From: a bacterium
GTDB lineage: Bacteria; Bacteroidota; Ignavibacteria; UBA10030
DNA: 64,000 nt
Assembly: GCA_043803945.1 (NCBI GenBank)
Contig: JAZDJN010000091.1
Span: forward strand, 64,001-128,000
Direction: 5' to 3'
The notes below the pieces were generated by a model that ran no database searches, was not told where the DNA came from, and was given only the letters and a program-made list of their open reading frames with translations. Position numbers and translations under genes: made by a program. This document shows positions 8,625 to 21,968 of this stretch, one piece after another (positions within the stretch are counted from its first letter, which is position 1; every line of letters begins with the position of its first letter).

Positions 8625-9338
8625 CTATTTCACCAATCGCTTTTGGAGATAGTGTATCTCCGCGTCAATGGTTTTCAATCTCTTCTGTTCATACTCCGAT
8701 GAAGCATTCTCTGCAATGGATAAGAGATCTTCTTCCCAATCACCCGGCAGATATTCCCTTACAGTAAATCCGCCTGAAGTGCTTCCCGAAGTGGTTTCGA
8801 TTATTTCATACTCACGTGAGTTATCCGCAAGCAGCATGAGAGCGGCGGGAGAATAACTATCCCGATTTTTTCTCTCCTCACACTCGAGGACCACTTCATC
8901 CTGCAGGCATACCTTCAGACTATTACCGCCATTCATTTCAATTGTTAATGATCGCGATTTTGAGGTTGCACGATAAATGCCCTCCTCCCCATACACAGAC
9001 AGAATCTTGAATGCCGCCTGAGGGAGCTCAGCCTTCGACGCCTTCGCCAGCCGGCGTTCCAGCTTTCGCTTTAACCGACTCATTTCCCTCTTCTTCTTAT
9101 CGAGATTTCGCTCGAATGCCGGCTTGACTGCCCGTTCGATAGAAGCCCAGATGGCAGCAAATATCATTATTGGAAGCAGCAGATGAAACAGCAATCCCAA
9201 CAATGTCGAAAAGCCCCATAGACTTTTATACCAGGAGAATGGCAGGATATTAAACGAGAGGTAGATCAAAAAAATGCATACTATCACAGCAATAATATTC
9301 AATACACTGCGGAGAAAGCGATATGATACCGTGGTCAT
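8625..9338 (-). CDS. hypothetical membrane protein (2 N-terminal TM helices, coiled coil)
   Basis: 237-aa ORF, GGAGG RBS, hydrophobic N-terminus; no family recognised. Confidence 0.7.
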   Translation of the reverse strand: MTTVSYRFLRSVLNIIAVIVCIFLIYLSFNILPFSWYKSLWGFSTLLGLLFHLLLPIMIFAAIWASIERAVKPAFERNLDKKKREMSRLKRKLERRLAKASKAELPQAAFKILSVYGEEGIYRATSKSRSLTIEMNGGNSLKVCLQDEVVLECEERKNRDSYSPAALMLLADNSREYEIIETTSGSTSGGFTVREYLPGDWEEDLLSIAENASSEYEQKRLKTIDAEIHYLQKRLVK

Positions 9339-9584
9339 AATGTGCCTCCTGGTGAGAACATACCCTGGATGGTAAATTGACGATAAGATTCAGCCATGAT
9401 TGATGATGAATAATATGACAATCCCTCGCACAATGCTGTTAATCACGTCACAGATAAAACGGGAATACTCATAGAGCTGCGAAAGAGAGCCAATTGGAAA
9501 GGTTAATTCTTTTCACCGATTCTTAGGAACAATTTTTCCAGACCCATACTCCTTGCCCTTAAAAAAGTTTTTCACTGAAAATCC

Positions 9585-9613
9585 TTGCATCAAGCTTGGA
9601 ATTGCAATATTAT
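9585..9613 (+). promoter_or_regulatory. sigma70-type promoter of the hybrid kinase
   Basis: TTGCAT-17 bp-TATTAT, about 30 bp upstream of ATG 9644. Confidence 0.5.
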
Positions 9614-9643
9614 TCGACAATTCCTCGAAGGGGATACCCTACT

Positions 9644-11896
9644 ATGATGGTACTTTCAGAACAAGAGGTTGAAGCAATCCTGGAAAACATGAGCGATGGA
9701 TTGTTGATCCTCAACAGTTCATTAGTCATCGAATATGCTAACATTCAGTCATCTAAAAACCTAAACCAGGATCATCTTCCCGGGAAATCATTTTATGAGA
9801 TCTTTCCAGGCGCTTCAAGCTCACTCAAAAAGCTTGGGATAGACGATCTCCTCAGCCTCCAGCAGCCAATTTCATTCGAAACATCTCTGGGAGATTCCAA
9901 ATCACCAAATAACTTCTCCATCCAAATTCAACCCTTCAACCTTCGATTCTTTGTGATCCTAAGACTCTTCGCTGAGCCAAATGCAGTAAAAGATTCACCA
10001 TCATTAGCGTGGGCTCAATTGAGGACAATAATCGAGAGTATCCCTGACGAGGTGGCATTTAAAGATTGTCAGCGCCGCTTTCTCCTCGCTAATTCAGCCT
10101 CGGTGCAAGCATTGAAACAATCCTCCGAAGCGGATGTGCTTGGTAAGAGAGATGAAGACCTACTCCCCCTCCATGTAGCACAAGTCCATGTGAGAGAAGA
10201 GGAAGAAATCATTGCTACCGGTAAATCGATTTTAAATTTTGAAAATACTAAAGTTGATAGCACAACAGGCGAGGTGATCGGGTGTAAGCTCATTTCTAAA
10301 GTCCCTGTCCGCAATCCTCGCGGAGATATTATCGGCCTCCTCGTTGTGAACAGGTCCATCACGGAACGGAAAAGATACCTGGTAGCCCTCAAAGAGAGCG
10401 AGGAATTGTTCCGCAAAGTCATCGAGAGTACCGGCGAAGGTGTTGCCCTTCTCAGTAAAGATGGCCGTTTTATCCTTGTCAACCTCGCGACGGAAGAACT
10501 GTTCGGACTTTCAAGAAGCCAACTGCTTTCAAGAAGCCTATTCGATTGTATCTCACCCAATTGCTCCGAACATCTGAAATCAGAACTCTTCAAGCGAAAA
10601 GGCAAACAGGCGAGTACGTTTGAATTAGAAATCCATCGCTCCGATGGTTCCAAACGAATGGTGCTGGTTACTGCGACCTCCGTTCTTCAGACCGATGGAA
10701 GCTATGCAGGCTCACTGGGAATATTCCGTGACATGACCGAACACAAGCGGACTGAAGAGGCGCTCCGTGAGACGCAAAAGATGAAGAGCCTCGGTATCCT
10801 TGCCGGCGGAATCGCTCACGACTTCAACAATTTGCTGCAAGCTGTCCTCGGTCACGCGTCCCTTGCGCTTCAGCGGCTCGATCGGCATCATGCTGCTTAC
10901 GCCAACATCCAGAAACTGGAGACGGCGGCAATGCGAGCTAGTGAACTAACCCAACAGTTGCTTGCCTATTCAGGCAGAGGGAAATTTCAGACAACTCCAA
11001 TCTTTTTGAATACGTTCATCAGGGACAACCTTCATTTCTTCGAAGTCTCGATTCCCAAATACATCCAGCTTCACACCGCTCTCGCCGCTGATCTTCCTCA
11101 CATTGAAGCAGATTCAGGCCAGATTCAGCAAATCGTAATGAACCTCATCATCAATGCTACGGAGGCCATTGGAGATCGTGCTGGAAATATTCACATCGCC
11201 ACCTCGTCACTCTACATTCCGGCAGATGACCGGGCATGCTGGGTGAGAGCTGGAGAAGAACTTGACGCAGGGACTTATGTCCTCCTGGATGTGCATGATG
11301 ATGGAAGCGGCATGGCCGAAGAAACACAGCAGCGAATATTCGATCCATTTTTCTCAACAAAATTTACCGGTCGCGGGTTAGGGCTTGCCGCGGTCCTGGG
11401 AATCATACGAGGTCATAAAGGCGGGATCCAGGTCCAGAGCAACGTGGGAGTGGGAACAACATTTCGTATTGCCCTTCCGGCTGTACAATCATTCGCTCTC
11501 AACGAGAGGAAATCCATGGCGGAAGAAAAAGAAATTACAGGCGCTATCCTTGTCATTGATGATGAAGAGTACGTTCGGGATCTGGTGGCCGATATCCTCG
11601 ATACATTTCACATCGCTGTCGTCACCGCAGAGAATGGAGAGGGGGGATTAAGTATTTACTCCGACCACCGCGATAAAATTAGTGCTGTGCTCCTGGATTT
11701 ATCAATGCCAGGTATCGGAGGCGAAGAAACATTCAAACGACTTAAAGCCCTAAATCCGAACGTCAAAGTCATTCTCTCTTCGGGGTATTCCGAGGTAGAA
11801 GCGGTTGAGCGATTCGCCGGACAGGGCCTTGCCGGCTTTCTTCAAAAACCCTATAAACCGGAACTCCTGATCTCCGTTCTGAAAAGCCAGATGTGA
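9644..11896 (+). CDS. multi-PAS hybrid sensor histidine kinase with receiver domain
   Basis: PAS repeats, H-box LAGGIAHDFNNLL, N-box QIVMNLIINA, DDGSGM, FDPFFSTK..GRGLGL, receiver ILVIDDE..LDLSMPG..QKPY. Confidence 0.93.
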   Translation: MMVLSEQEVEAILENMSDGLLILNSSLVIEYANIQSSKNLNQDHLPGKSFYEIFPGASSSLKKLGIDDLLSLQQPISFETSLGDSKSPNNFSIQIQPFNLRFFVILRLFAEPNAVKDSPSLAWAQLRTIIESIPDEVAFKDCQRRFLLANSASVQALKQSSEADVLGKRDEDLLPLHVAQVHVREEEEIIATGKSILNFENTKVDSTTGEVIGCKLISKVPVRNPRGDIIGLLVVNRSITERKRYLVALKESEELFRKVIESTGEGVALLSKDGRFILVNLATEELFGLSRSQLLSRSLFDCISPNCSEHLKSELFKRKGKQASTFELEIHRSDGSKRMVLVTATSVLQTDGSYAGSLGIFRDMTEHKRTEEALRETQKMKSLGILAGGIAHDFNNLLQAVLGHASLALQRLDRHHAAYANIQKLETAAMRASELTQQLLAYSGRGKFQTTPIFLNTFIRDNLHFFEVSIPKYIQLHTALAADLPHIEADSGQIQQIVMNLIINATEAIGDRAGNIHIATSSLYIPADDRACWVRAGEELDAGTYVLLDVHDDGSGMAEETQQRIFDPFFSTKFTGRGLGLAAVLGIIRGHKGGIQVQSNVGVGTTFRIALPAVQSFALNERKSMAEEKEITGAILVIDDEEYVRDLVADILDTFHIAVVTAENGEGGLSIYSDHRDKISAVLLDLSMPGIGGEETFKRLKALNPNVKVILSSGYSEVEAVERFAGQGLAGFLQKPYKPELLISVLKSQM

Positions 11897-11927
11897 GGCG
11901 AAAGCGTTTTGATGATCAGAATTCAAA

Positions 11928-12148
11928 CCACGAAGTCACACGAAGTGACGAAGTAATAAAAGAACCTCATCCACTATAATTCCTTTTCTAGATCTTCGTG
12001 TTCCTTCGTGGATGAGTATTTTTTCTTTATCCCATATCTGTGCAAATCGGTGTGTCATCTGTGGTGGATTAACTGTGGGGTAAAATATATTTTTCTATTA
12101 TTCAGTTTTCTTTTTGTTCTTCGCGTCCTTTGTGTCCTTCGTGGTTGA
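11928..12148. repeat. cluster of REP-like repeats (ACCACGAAG..CAC.AAG / CTTCGTG..CTTCGTGG and ATCTGTG families)
   Basis: ACCACGAAGTCACACGAAGTGACGAAG...CTTCGTGTTCCTTCGTGG; ATCTGTGCAAATCGGTGTGTCATCTGTGG; CTTCGCGTCCTTTGTGTCCTTCGTGGTT (inside the uvrC 3' end). Confidence 0.65.
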
Positions 12149-14030
12149 ACTTTTCGTCCAAGCTTCTAGGTGTGGAATCAACATCCGGAATTGATTCTGC
12201 AAAATACTCTTTGATCTTTTGTGAGACCTTTGCTCCGACGATTTCAGATAATTGCTCTTCTGAAGCAAACCGAACTCCTTGAACAGATCCAAATGCCTCC
12301 AGGAGTTCCTGCGCCCGTTTTTTCCCGATCCCGCGAATGAGATCTAACTCCGTATTGAGAATCCGTTTTGATCGTACAGTACGGTGGTAGGTGATAGCAA
12401 ACCGGTGTGCTTCATCTCGAATCTGCTGCAACAAGCGCAAACTCGAGGAGGTGCGCGGCAAGACAATGGGATCCTGGTGGGCAGGCAGAAATATCTCTTC
12501 CAGCCGTTTTGCAAGACCGATCGAAGGAATAGTGTGAATGCCAATGTTTTCCAGGACTTCCACTGCGCTGGAGAGCTGACCTTTTCCTCCATCGATCATG
12601 ATCAGATCCGGGAGTGTTTCCTTTTCTTCCAGAACCCGTGTATACCGCCGGCGAATCACCTCCTGCATGCTCGCAAAATCGTCGGGGCCCTGGACCGTCC
12701 GGATCCGGAATTTACGATACTCGCTCTTTTTCGGTTTGGCATCGACAAACACGACCAGCGAGGCAACTGTATCACTTCCCTGAATATTTGAAATATCGAA
12801 ACATTCGATCCGTCGCGGCGCCGCCGGTAAGCGAAGGTCACGCTGAAGCGATTGCACTGAATGTGGAATCAATTCGCCGCGCTTGAGCAGCTGCAGTTCG
12901 AGTTCCTGCAACAGATACTCGGCATTCCTCTTAACCAGTCCAACGAGCTTATACTTCTCACCCGCTTTGGGAACCTCAAAAGAAATTTTTTTCTGATATC
13001 GTTCCGAAAGCCAATCTTGTAGAAGCTGGATCGAAGAGACAGCAGCGGAGAGAACAATTTCATCGGGCATATCATCGACATCGAGATAATAACGCTCCAG
13101 AAGAGTCTCAAGGATCTCGCCCTCCTCCTTCCCTGCAACATTCGCCATGGCAAAATGCCTGCTGCCGATGAGTTTACCATCCCGTACCCGAAAGACGACA
13201 CCGAAAGCATCGTCATCTTTCAGAGCGACGCCGAGGATATCACGATCCACCTTATTGGGATCGAGAACTTTTTGCCGCTGAGAATACACCGAGAGGGCGC
13301 GCAGCCGATCACGCGTCATGGCAGCGTCCTCAAACCGGAGATTCCCGGCATGCTCTTCCATTTCTTGATGGAGCACAACGACGACAGATTCTGTCTTCCC
13401 TCTGAGGATCTGTGCTACCTTCTCAATCATCGCATGGTACTTCTCCCGGGTAACGTACCCCTCACACGGTCCGTCACATTTTTTTATGTGATAATCCAGG
13501 CAGATTTTAAACTTCCCGGCGGTAATGGACTCCGCTGACAAATCGTAATTGCAGCTCCGGATCATAAAAATATCACGTACCGTTTTGAGTGCAGAACGCA
13601 TGGAACGGACATCGGTATAGGGGCCGAAGTATCGCGAGCCATCATTCACGATGCGGCGGGTGACAAAGACTCGTGGAAATGGTTCATTGGTGATGATAAT
13701 ATAGGGAAAACTTTTATCATCCTTGAGGATCACATTGTAGCGCGGCTTCAGCTTCTTAATGAGGTTCGCTTCAAGAATGAGCGCCTCAATTTCTGAATCG
13801 GTGACAATGATTTCCAGGTCGCGGATCTTCCCAACAAGGGCATCCGTCTTGGGATCAGTCAGGCGGGATTTATGGAAGTATTGCCGAACGCGGGAGCGAA
13901 GATTTTGCGCCTTTCCGACATAGATCACCTTCCCTTCGCTGTTCTTGAACTGATAGACTCCGGGTGTGAGGGGAAGAGCATCGAGTTTTTCCCGCAGTCC
14001 CCATTGACTATTGTCGAATTGAATATCCAT
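12102..14030 (-). CDS. uvrC: excinuclease ABC subunit C
   Basis: GIY-YIG PGVY..IYVGKA.NLR.RV..YF, RIECFDISNIQG, PDLIMIDGGKGQL, RDEAHRFAI, HhH GIGKK. Confidence 0.98.
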   Translation of the reverse strand: MDIQFDNSQWGLREKLDALPLTPGVYQFKNSEGKVIYVGKAQNLRSRVRQYFHKSRLTDPKTDALVGKIRDLEIIVTDSEIEALILEANLIKKLKPRYNVILKDDKSFPYIIITNEPFPRVFVTRRIVNDGSRYFGPYTDVRSMRSALKTVRDIFMIRSCNYDLSAESITAGKFKICLDYHIKKCDGPCEGYVTREKYHAMIEKVAQILRGKTESVVVVLHQEMEEHAGNLRFEDAAMTRDRLRALSVYSQRQKVLDPNKVDRDILGVALKDDDAFGVVFRVRDGKLIGSRHFAMANVAGKEEGEILETLLERYYLDVDDMPDEIVLSAAVSSIQLLQDWLSERYQKKISFEVPKAGEKYKLVGLVKRNAEYLLQELELQLLKRGELIPHSVQSLQRDLRLPAAPRRIECFDISNIQGSDTVASLVVFVDAKPKKSEYRKFRIRTVQGPDDFASMQEVIRRRYTRVLEEKETLPDLIMIDGGKGQLSSAVEVLENIGIHTIPSIGLAKRLEEIFLPAHQDPIVLPRTSSSLRLLQQIRDEAHRFAITYHRTVRSKRILNTELDLIRGIGKKRAQELLEAFGSVQGVRFASEEQLSEIVGAKVSQKIKEYFAESIPDVDSTPRSLDEKFNHEGHKGREEQKEN

Positions 14031-14051
14031 GACAATAATTGGTGTACTCTG

Positions 14052-14951
14052 TTAATCAGGAGAATAACCGAGCCGCTTGAGTTGGGCTTCGTTCTCGCGC
14101 CATTTTTCTTTTACCTTGACATGGAGTTCAAGAAAAACAGGTTTCTGGATAAAGCTTTCGATTGCGCCCCGTGCCTGTTCGCCAAGCGTTTTTAGCGCTT
14201 CCGCCCGCTTCCCGATCAGGATTCCCTTTTGAGAATCGCGTTCGACTATAATGTCCGCTCGTATAAGGGTTTTCCCGACGGCCCTTTCCTTGAACTCAAG
14301 AATTTCAACGGCTGTGGAATAGGGAATTTCTTCCCAGAACATTTCAAATATTTTCTCCCGAATCAGCTCAGCAACGAAAAATCGTTCCGGCTGTTCGCTG
14401 ATCTCATCCAGAGGATAATATGGAGGATGTTCCGGCAGCTTCCGCTCAATTGTTTTCAACAAGTCGTCGAGATTCTCAAGCTTCAAGGCAGAGATGGGGA
14501 TGATTTCGGTAAACTGGTTGCGTTGAGAAAATGCATCGATCATCGGCAGGGCCGCCTTCTTATCATCAATGTCGATTTTATTGATAACCAGGAGACATTC
14601 TTTTATGCCTCGAGAGCGTTGAAGAATTTGTTCCACGGGTTCAGGCAGTTCCAATCCATGGGAGAGATCGGTCATCACGAGAATGAGATCTGCATCATTG
14701 ATCGCCAGCTCCGCACTTAGCATCATTTTTTTTTGAAGCAGGTAGCGTGGATTCAGCAGACCGGGCGTATCGAGAAAGATGATCTGGCATGTTTTAGTAC
14801 TCAGGATGCCAAGAACGCGCTGCCTCGTGGTCTGAGGTTTGGGAGTAACAATGGAGAGCTTCTGCTGGAGCAGGGCATTTAATAAGGTGGATTTACCGAC
14901 ATTCGGCTCACCGATGATTGCGACGTAGCCAGATTTGAATTGTGGTTCCAT
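14052..14951 (-). CDS. era: GTPase Era
   Basis: GEPNVGKSTL, KPQTTR, DTPG, NKID, KH domain EEIPYS..SQKGILIG; start at ATG 14951 after AGGAG. Confidence 0.97.
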   Translation of the reverse strand: MEPQFKSGYVAIIGEPNVGKSTLLNALLQQKLSIVTPKPQTTRQRVLGILSTKTCQIIFLDTPGLLNPRYLLQKKMMLSAELAINDADLILVMTDLSHGLELPEPVEQILQRSRGIKECLLVINKIDIDDKKAALPMIDAFSQRNQFTEIIPISALKLENLDDLLKTIERKLPEHPPYYPLDEISEQPERFFVAELIREKIFEMFWEEIPYSTAVEILEFKERAVGKTLIRADIIVERDSQKGILIGKRAEALKTLGEQARGAIESFIQKPVFLELHVKVKEKWRENEAQLKRLGYSPD

Positions 14952-14974
14952 AGCTCCTGACAAGTAAGAAAAAA

Positions 14975-15093
14975 AACCACTAAGGACACGAAGGAAGAAC
15001 TGTAAAAATGAAAATATTTCAAATCAATTTAATTCCATTATATGCTTTGTGTCCTTCTCAACCAGAGGCTGATGCACCTCTGGTGCAGTGGTT
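14975..15093. repeat. REP-like inverted pair whose right arm is split by a 30-bp palindrome (15057-15086)
   Basis: Left arm AACCACTAAGGACACGAAG; right arm CTTTGTGTCCTT|AGTGGTT interrupted by CTCAACCAGAGGCTGATGCACCTCTGGTGC. Confidence 0.7.
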
Positions 15094-15119
15094 GGATTTT
15101 CCTTCCAAGCTACGAGAAA

Positions 15120-18573
<3,454 letters not shown>

Positions 18574-18609
18574 GAGTCTCTTCTTTTAAAAAGTGAAAAA
18601 CGTGCGAAG

Positions 18610-18638
18610 AATATACCCAATTTTCGTACTCCAATCAA
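18610..18638 (-). promoter_or_regulatory. sigma70-type promoter of secA
   Basis: Minus strand TTGATT-17 bp-TATATT. Confidence 0.55.
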
Positions 18639-18735
18639 GAAACGGAGAACTGATGAATTGATTGCATTTGTAGGATTTTCCATCCACATTTTGGCACAAT
18701 TACGCATCCTCCACCTTCTTTACTGATGAGATCAT

Positions 18736-20244
18736 ATGAATCCCGGAAGAATAACTTCTTGTTCTCAAAGACAAATCAAGCAATCGCTTACTCTATTGTT
18801 GCTGAGCCTGCTCCTCACCAGCTGCTCTTCCTTCTCTCCATTCGGGGGTAACCGTGATCCTCTCAGTCAACTGCGGAGCGATATTGATCAGGTACTGAGA
18901 GATTCCATTTTTATTCCTTCTCAGGTGAGCATCAAAATCTCTTCAATCCAGTCAGGTGAACTTCTTTTTGAACGCAACAGTAAACTCCTCATCCGGCCGG
19001 CCTCGAATATGAAGCTTCTCACCAGTGCTACAGCCCTGGCAATACTTGGTACGTCCTATTCATTCTCGACGGTGATTTCGAGCGACTCAATTCTCTCTGA
19101 TGGAACAGTTCTCGGGAATGTCTACCTGAAGGGATTCGGGAATCCCGATCTCCTCAGTGCCGACATTGAGCAATTCGCGGCGCAGATCAAAGATAACGGC
19201 ATAAAGCGCATTATGGGGGGCGTTGTGGCTGACGTCTCCTTTTTCGATGATTTGTTTTGGGGACAGGGCTGGCAATGGGATGATGAACCATATGATTATG
19301 CGGCGTTTATCTCTCCACTGACGGTCAATGATAACTGTATTCGAGTCATAATTACTCCCGGATCGAACGCAGGAGAACCGACGATCATCACCACCGATCC
19401 CAACACGGAATACATCACACTTCAAAACCAGACAAGGACTGTATCTGACACTGCAAGAAAGAGGATACAAATTCAAAGGCTTTTCGCGGAACACTCCAAC
19501 ACGATTGTTGTCACCGGTGAAATCGTTGTCGGAGCAAAACCCGTTCGAGAAATTACGACAGTATGGAAACCGGAACTGTACACCGCTCAACTCTTCCATG
19601 AAGCACTCATCCGCAACGGTATGTCAATCCAGCGCACTCCATCAATAGGAATCGCTCCTGTGGGTAAAACTCTTGTACAGCACAACCGCAGCATCGATTC
19701 CTTGGTCATCAATCTTAATAAAATCAGTGACAACCTTTCTGCGGAAATGACTTTAAAAACACTCGGGGCTGTGCGCCGAGGAACGCCAGGTACGGCTCGA
19801 AACGGGATTTATGTTGTGAATGAGTTCTTAAACACACTCGGCATCGATACAACAGCATATACCATTGCTGATGGCTCGGGCCTCTCCTATTACACACTTC
19901 TGACGACAGAGATGATTCTCAAACTGCTTCAGGGAATGGCGAAGAATAAAGAGCTCTTCCCTTTGTACTATAAATCGCTGCCAATCGCCGGCGTTGATGG
20001 TACGCTGAGAACTCGTATGAAAGGGAGTGCCGCGGAGAAGAATCTCCGGGCAAAGACAGGATCGATTAGCGGCGTCAGTTCGCTCTCTGGATACGTAATA
20101 TCGAAGGATGGAGAATTAATCGCCTTCTCCATGTCGATGCAGAATTTTATCTACCCGATGTCCCTCTATCGCAAGGCACAGGATCAGATTGGAGTTCTGC
20201 TTGCAAACTTTAGCAGAGAGCGTGTGAGCCTGTCTACGCGTTAA
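18736..20244 (+). CDS. dacB: D-alanyl-D-alanine carboxypeptidase/endopeptidase PBP4 (S13), lipoprotein
   Basis: PASNMK (SxxK), SDN (SxN), DGSGLS, AKTGS (KTG); lipobox LLTSC. Confidence 0.95.
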   Translation: MNPGRITSCSQRQIKQSLTLLLLSLLLTSCSSFSPFGGNRDPLSQLRSDIDQVLRDSIFIPSQVSIKISSIQSGELLFERNSKLLIRPASNMKLLTSATALAILGTSYSFSTVISSDSILSDGTVLGNVYLKGFGNPDLLSADIEQFAAQIKDNGIKRIMGGVVADVSFFDDLFWGQGWQWDDEPYDYAAFISPLTVNDNCIRVIITPGSNAGEPTIITTDPNTEYITLQNQTRTVSDTARKRIQIQRLFAEHSNTIVVTGEIVVGAKPVREITTVWKPELYTAQLFHEALIRNGMSIQRTPSIGIAPVGKTLVQHNRSIDSLVINLNKISDNLSAEMTLKTLGAVRRGTPGTARNGIYVVNEFLNTLGIDTTAYTIADGSGLSYYTLLTTEMILKLLQGMAKNKELFPLYYKSLPIAGVDGTLRTRMKGSAAEKNLRAKTGSISGVSSLSGYVISKDGELIAFSMSMQNFIYPMSLYRKAQDQIGVLLANFSRERVSLSTR

Positions 20245-20308
20245 TTGGACTTTGTCTGCTGAGAATCCATTTGAGTTTGCCACGACTTTTGTCTAAGTTC
20301 ATTACGAG

Positions 20309-21286
20309 ATGAACAGAGTAACACTATATCGCACAAGGGCCCTGGTGCTCACGTTTTTTTTCTTCGCTTTTGTCGCTGCGCAATCGATAAAACCACCATC
20401 AACGCAGCCTGCTCGAGTTCCGAAGACACAACCATTGCAGTTTGATGAACAACAGGCATTCCGGTATCTCACCAAACAGACTTCCTTTGGACCAAGACAT
20501 CCGGGTTCGAAGGGGCATGCTCAGTGCCAGGAATACCTGGAAAAGGAATTACAGCGACTGAGTGATGCCGTGCAACTGCAAACCTTTACCTATCTGGCAG
20601 CCGACGGCAAAGCCTACCAGCTTACAAATATTATCTCTTCGTTCAATCTCAATGCCACAAAGCGCATCCTCCTCACCGCACACTGGGATACCAGGGCAGT
20701 TGCCGATAAAGACACTGAGGAGAAAAACAGGACCAGGCCTATCCTCGGTGCCAACGATGGTGCCAGTGGTGTGGCTGTGCTGCTGGAAATTGCACGACAA
20801 ATGAAATTGCTTGCACCCCCCATCGGGGTTGATCTCATTCTCTTTGATGGCGAGGATGTTGGAACCTCTGGGAAACCAGAAACTTTTTGCACCGGATCCA
20901 GATATTTTGCCAAGAATAAGGCCCAGGGATTCCGGCCCCGATTCGCCATCAATCTCGATATGATCGGCGATGCGGTGCTGGAGATAAAGCGGGAACAATA
21001 TTCGGATCAGTATGCCCGAGATGTCGTCGATCTGGTTTTCAAATCAGCAGCAGAGGTCGGCAGCGTTCAATTCAAGAATGTTCCGGGTTTTCAAGTGTAC
21101 GACGACCATGTACCACTCAATGAAGCTGGCATTCGTTCTATTGATCTCATCGATTTTGACTATCCCAACAGTGAAAAAAACTACTGGCATACCTTGGAGG
21201 ATACCCCCATTCATTGCAGTCCGAAGAGCCTGGGTGCCGTAGGAAAAGCTCTGATCCATCTTCTCTACTCGCAAGGAGCGCAATAG
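20309..21286 (+). CDS. M28 family metallo-enzyme, probable glutaminyl cyclase
   Basis: FGPR.PGS.GH, AHWDTR, GANDGASG, FDGED.G, LDMIG, DDHVP, YWHT.ED. Confidence 0.8.
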   Translation: MNRVTLYRTRALVLTFFFFAFVAAQSIKPPSTQPARVPKTQPLQFDEQQAFRYLTKQTSFGPRHPGSKGHAQCQEYLEKELQRLSDAVQLQTFTYLAADGKAYQLTNIISSFNLNATKRILLTAHWDTRAVADKDTEEKNRTRPILGANDGASGVAVLLEIARQMKLLAPPIGVDLILFDGEDVGTSGKPETFCTGSRYFAKNKAQGFRPRFAINLDMIGDAVLEIKREQYSDQYARDVVDLVFKSAAEVGSVQFKNVPGFQVYDDHVPLNEAGIRSIDLIDFDYPNSEKNYWHTLEDTPIHCSPKSLGAVGKALIHLLYSQGAQ

Positions 21287-21290
21287 CACC

Positions 21291-21968
21291 ATGGCACATC
21301 AACACCCACTATCCTTCGGGCGATACGAGACTTATAGAATTCTCATCCCGGGATTCTACTTTACAACACTGCTTTCACTGCTGTTCTGGTCGGCTTTTCC
21401 TTATGTCTATCCGGTGCCATTGTTTTCCGAATTGATCTTTATCATCCTGTTTTCCACCATCCTCATCATTGCCGGCCTATCGCTTTACGCAAAGGAAACG
21501 ACGAAACGTCGGAAGGCGTTTTTAGAGAATCAGCCCAGCCAATACTTGCAGGGCAAAGTCCGCACGATGGCCGATGTGCCTGTGCTCGAGGATGATGAAG
21601 CCCGAAGATTGTACTTTTACATCCTCAATAATCACATCCCGGCAACCTTTCACGAAAAGATATTCTTTTTTGGTACGGTGTATCACATCATGATTCAGAT
21701 TCGCCGGACATCGTTTGGATTTGCCCTTCTCGGAACAGCAATGATGGCGATCTTTCTCTCCGCTGGGATGACAATGGGATCCCTTCATGGACTCGTCATC
21801 TTCACTGCGGCAGTGTGGCTCGTCTACCTTTTGAATGTTCGCTATAATAAAGCCGATAGAAAAATGCAGGAAAATTATCAGGATCAAATCTATTGGCTTC
21901 AAATGCATAACGATCTCATCGAAGAGATTATTCGAAAACGTTCAACTTCCCCAACACAAAGCGTATGA
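21291..21968 (+). CDS. hypothetical integral membrane protein (about 4 TM helices)
   Basis: 225-aa ORF between M28 and prmA, ATGA overlap with prmA. Confidence 0.75.
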   Translation: MAHQHPLSFGRYETYRILIPGFYFTTLLSLLFWSAFPYVYPVPLFSELIFIILFSTILIIAGLSLYAKETTKRRKAFLENQPSQYLQGKVRTMADVPVLEDDEARRLYFYILNNHIPATFHEKIFFFGTVYHIMIQIRRTSFGFALLGTAMMAIFLSAGMTMGSLHGLVIFTAAVWLVYLLNVRYNKADRKMQENYQDQIYWLQMHNDLIEEIIRKRSTSPTQSV

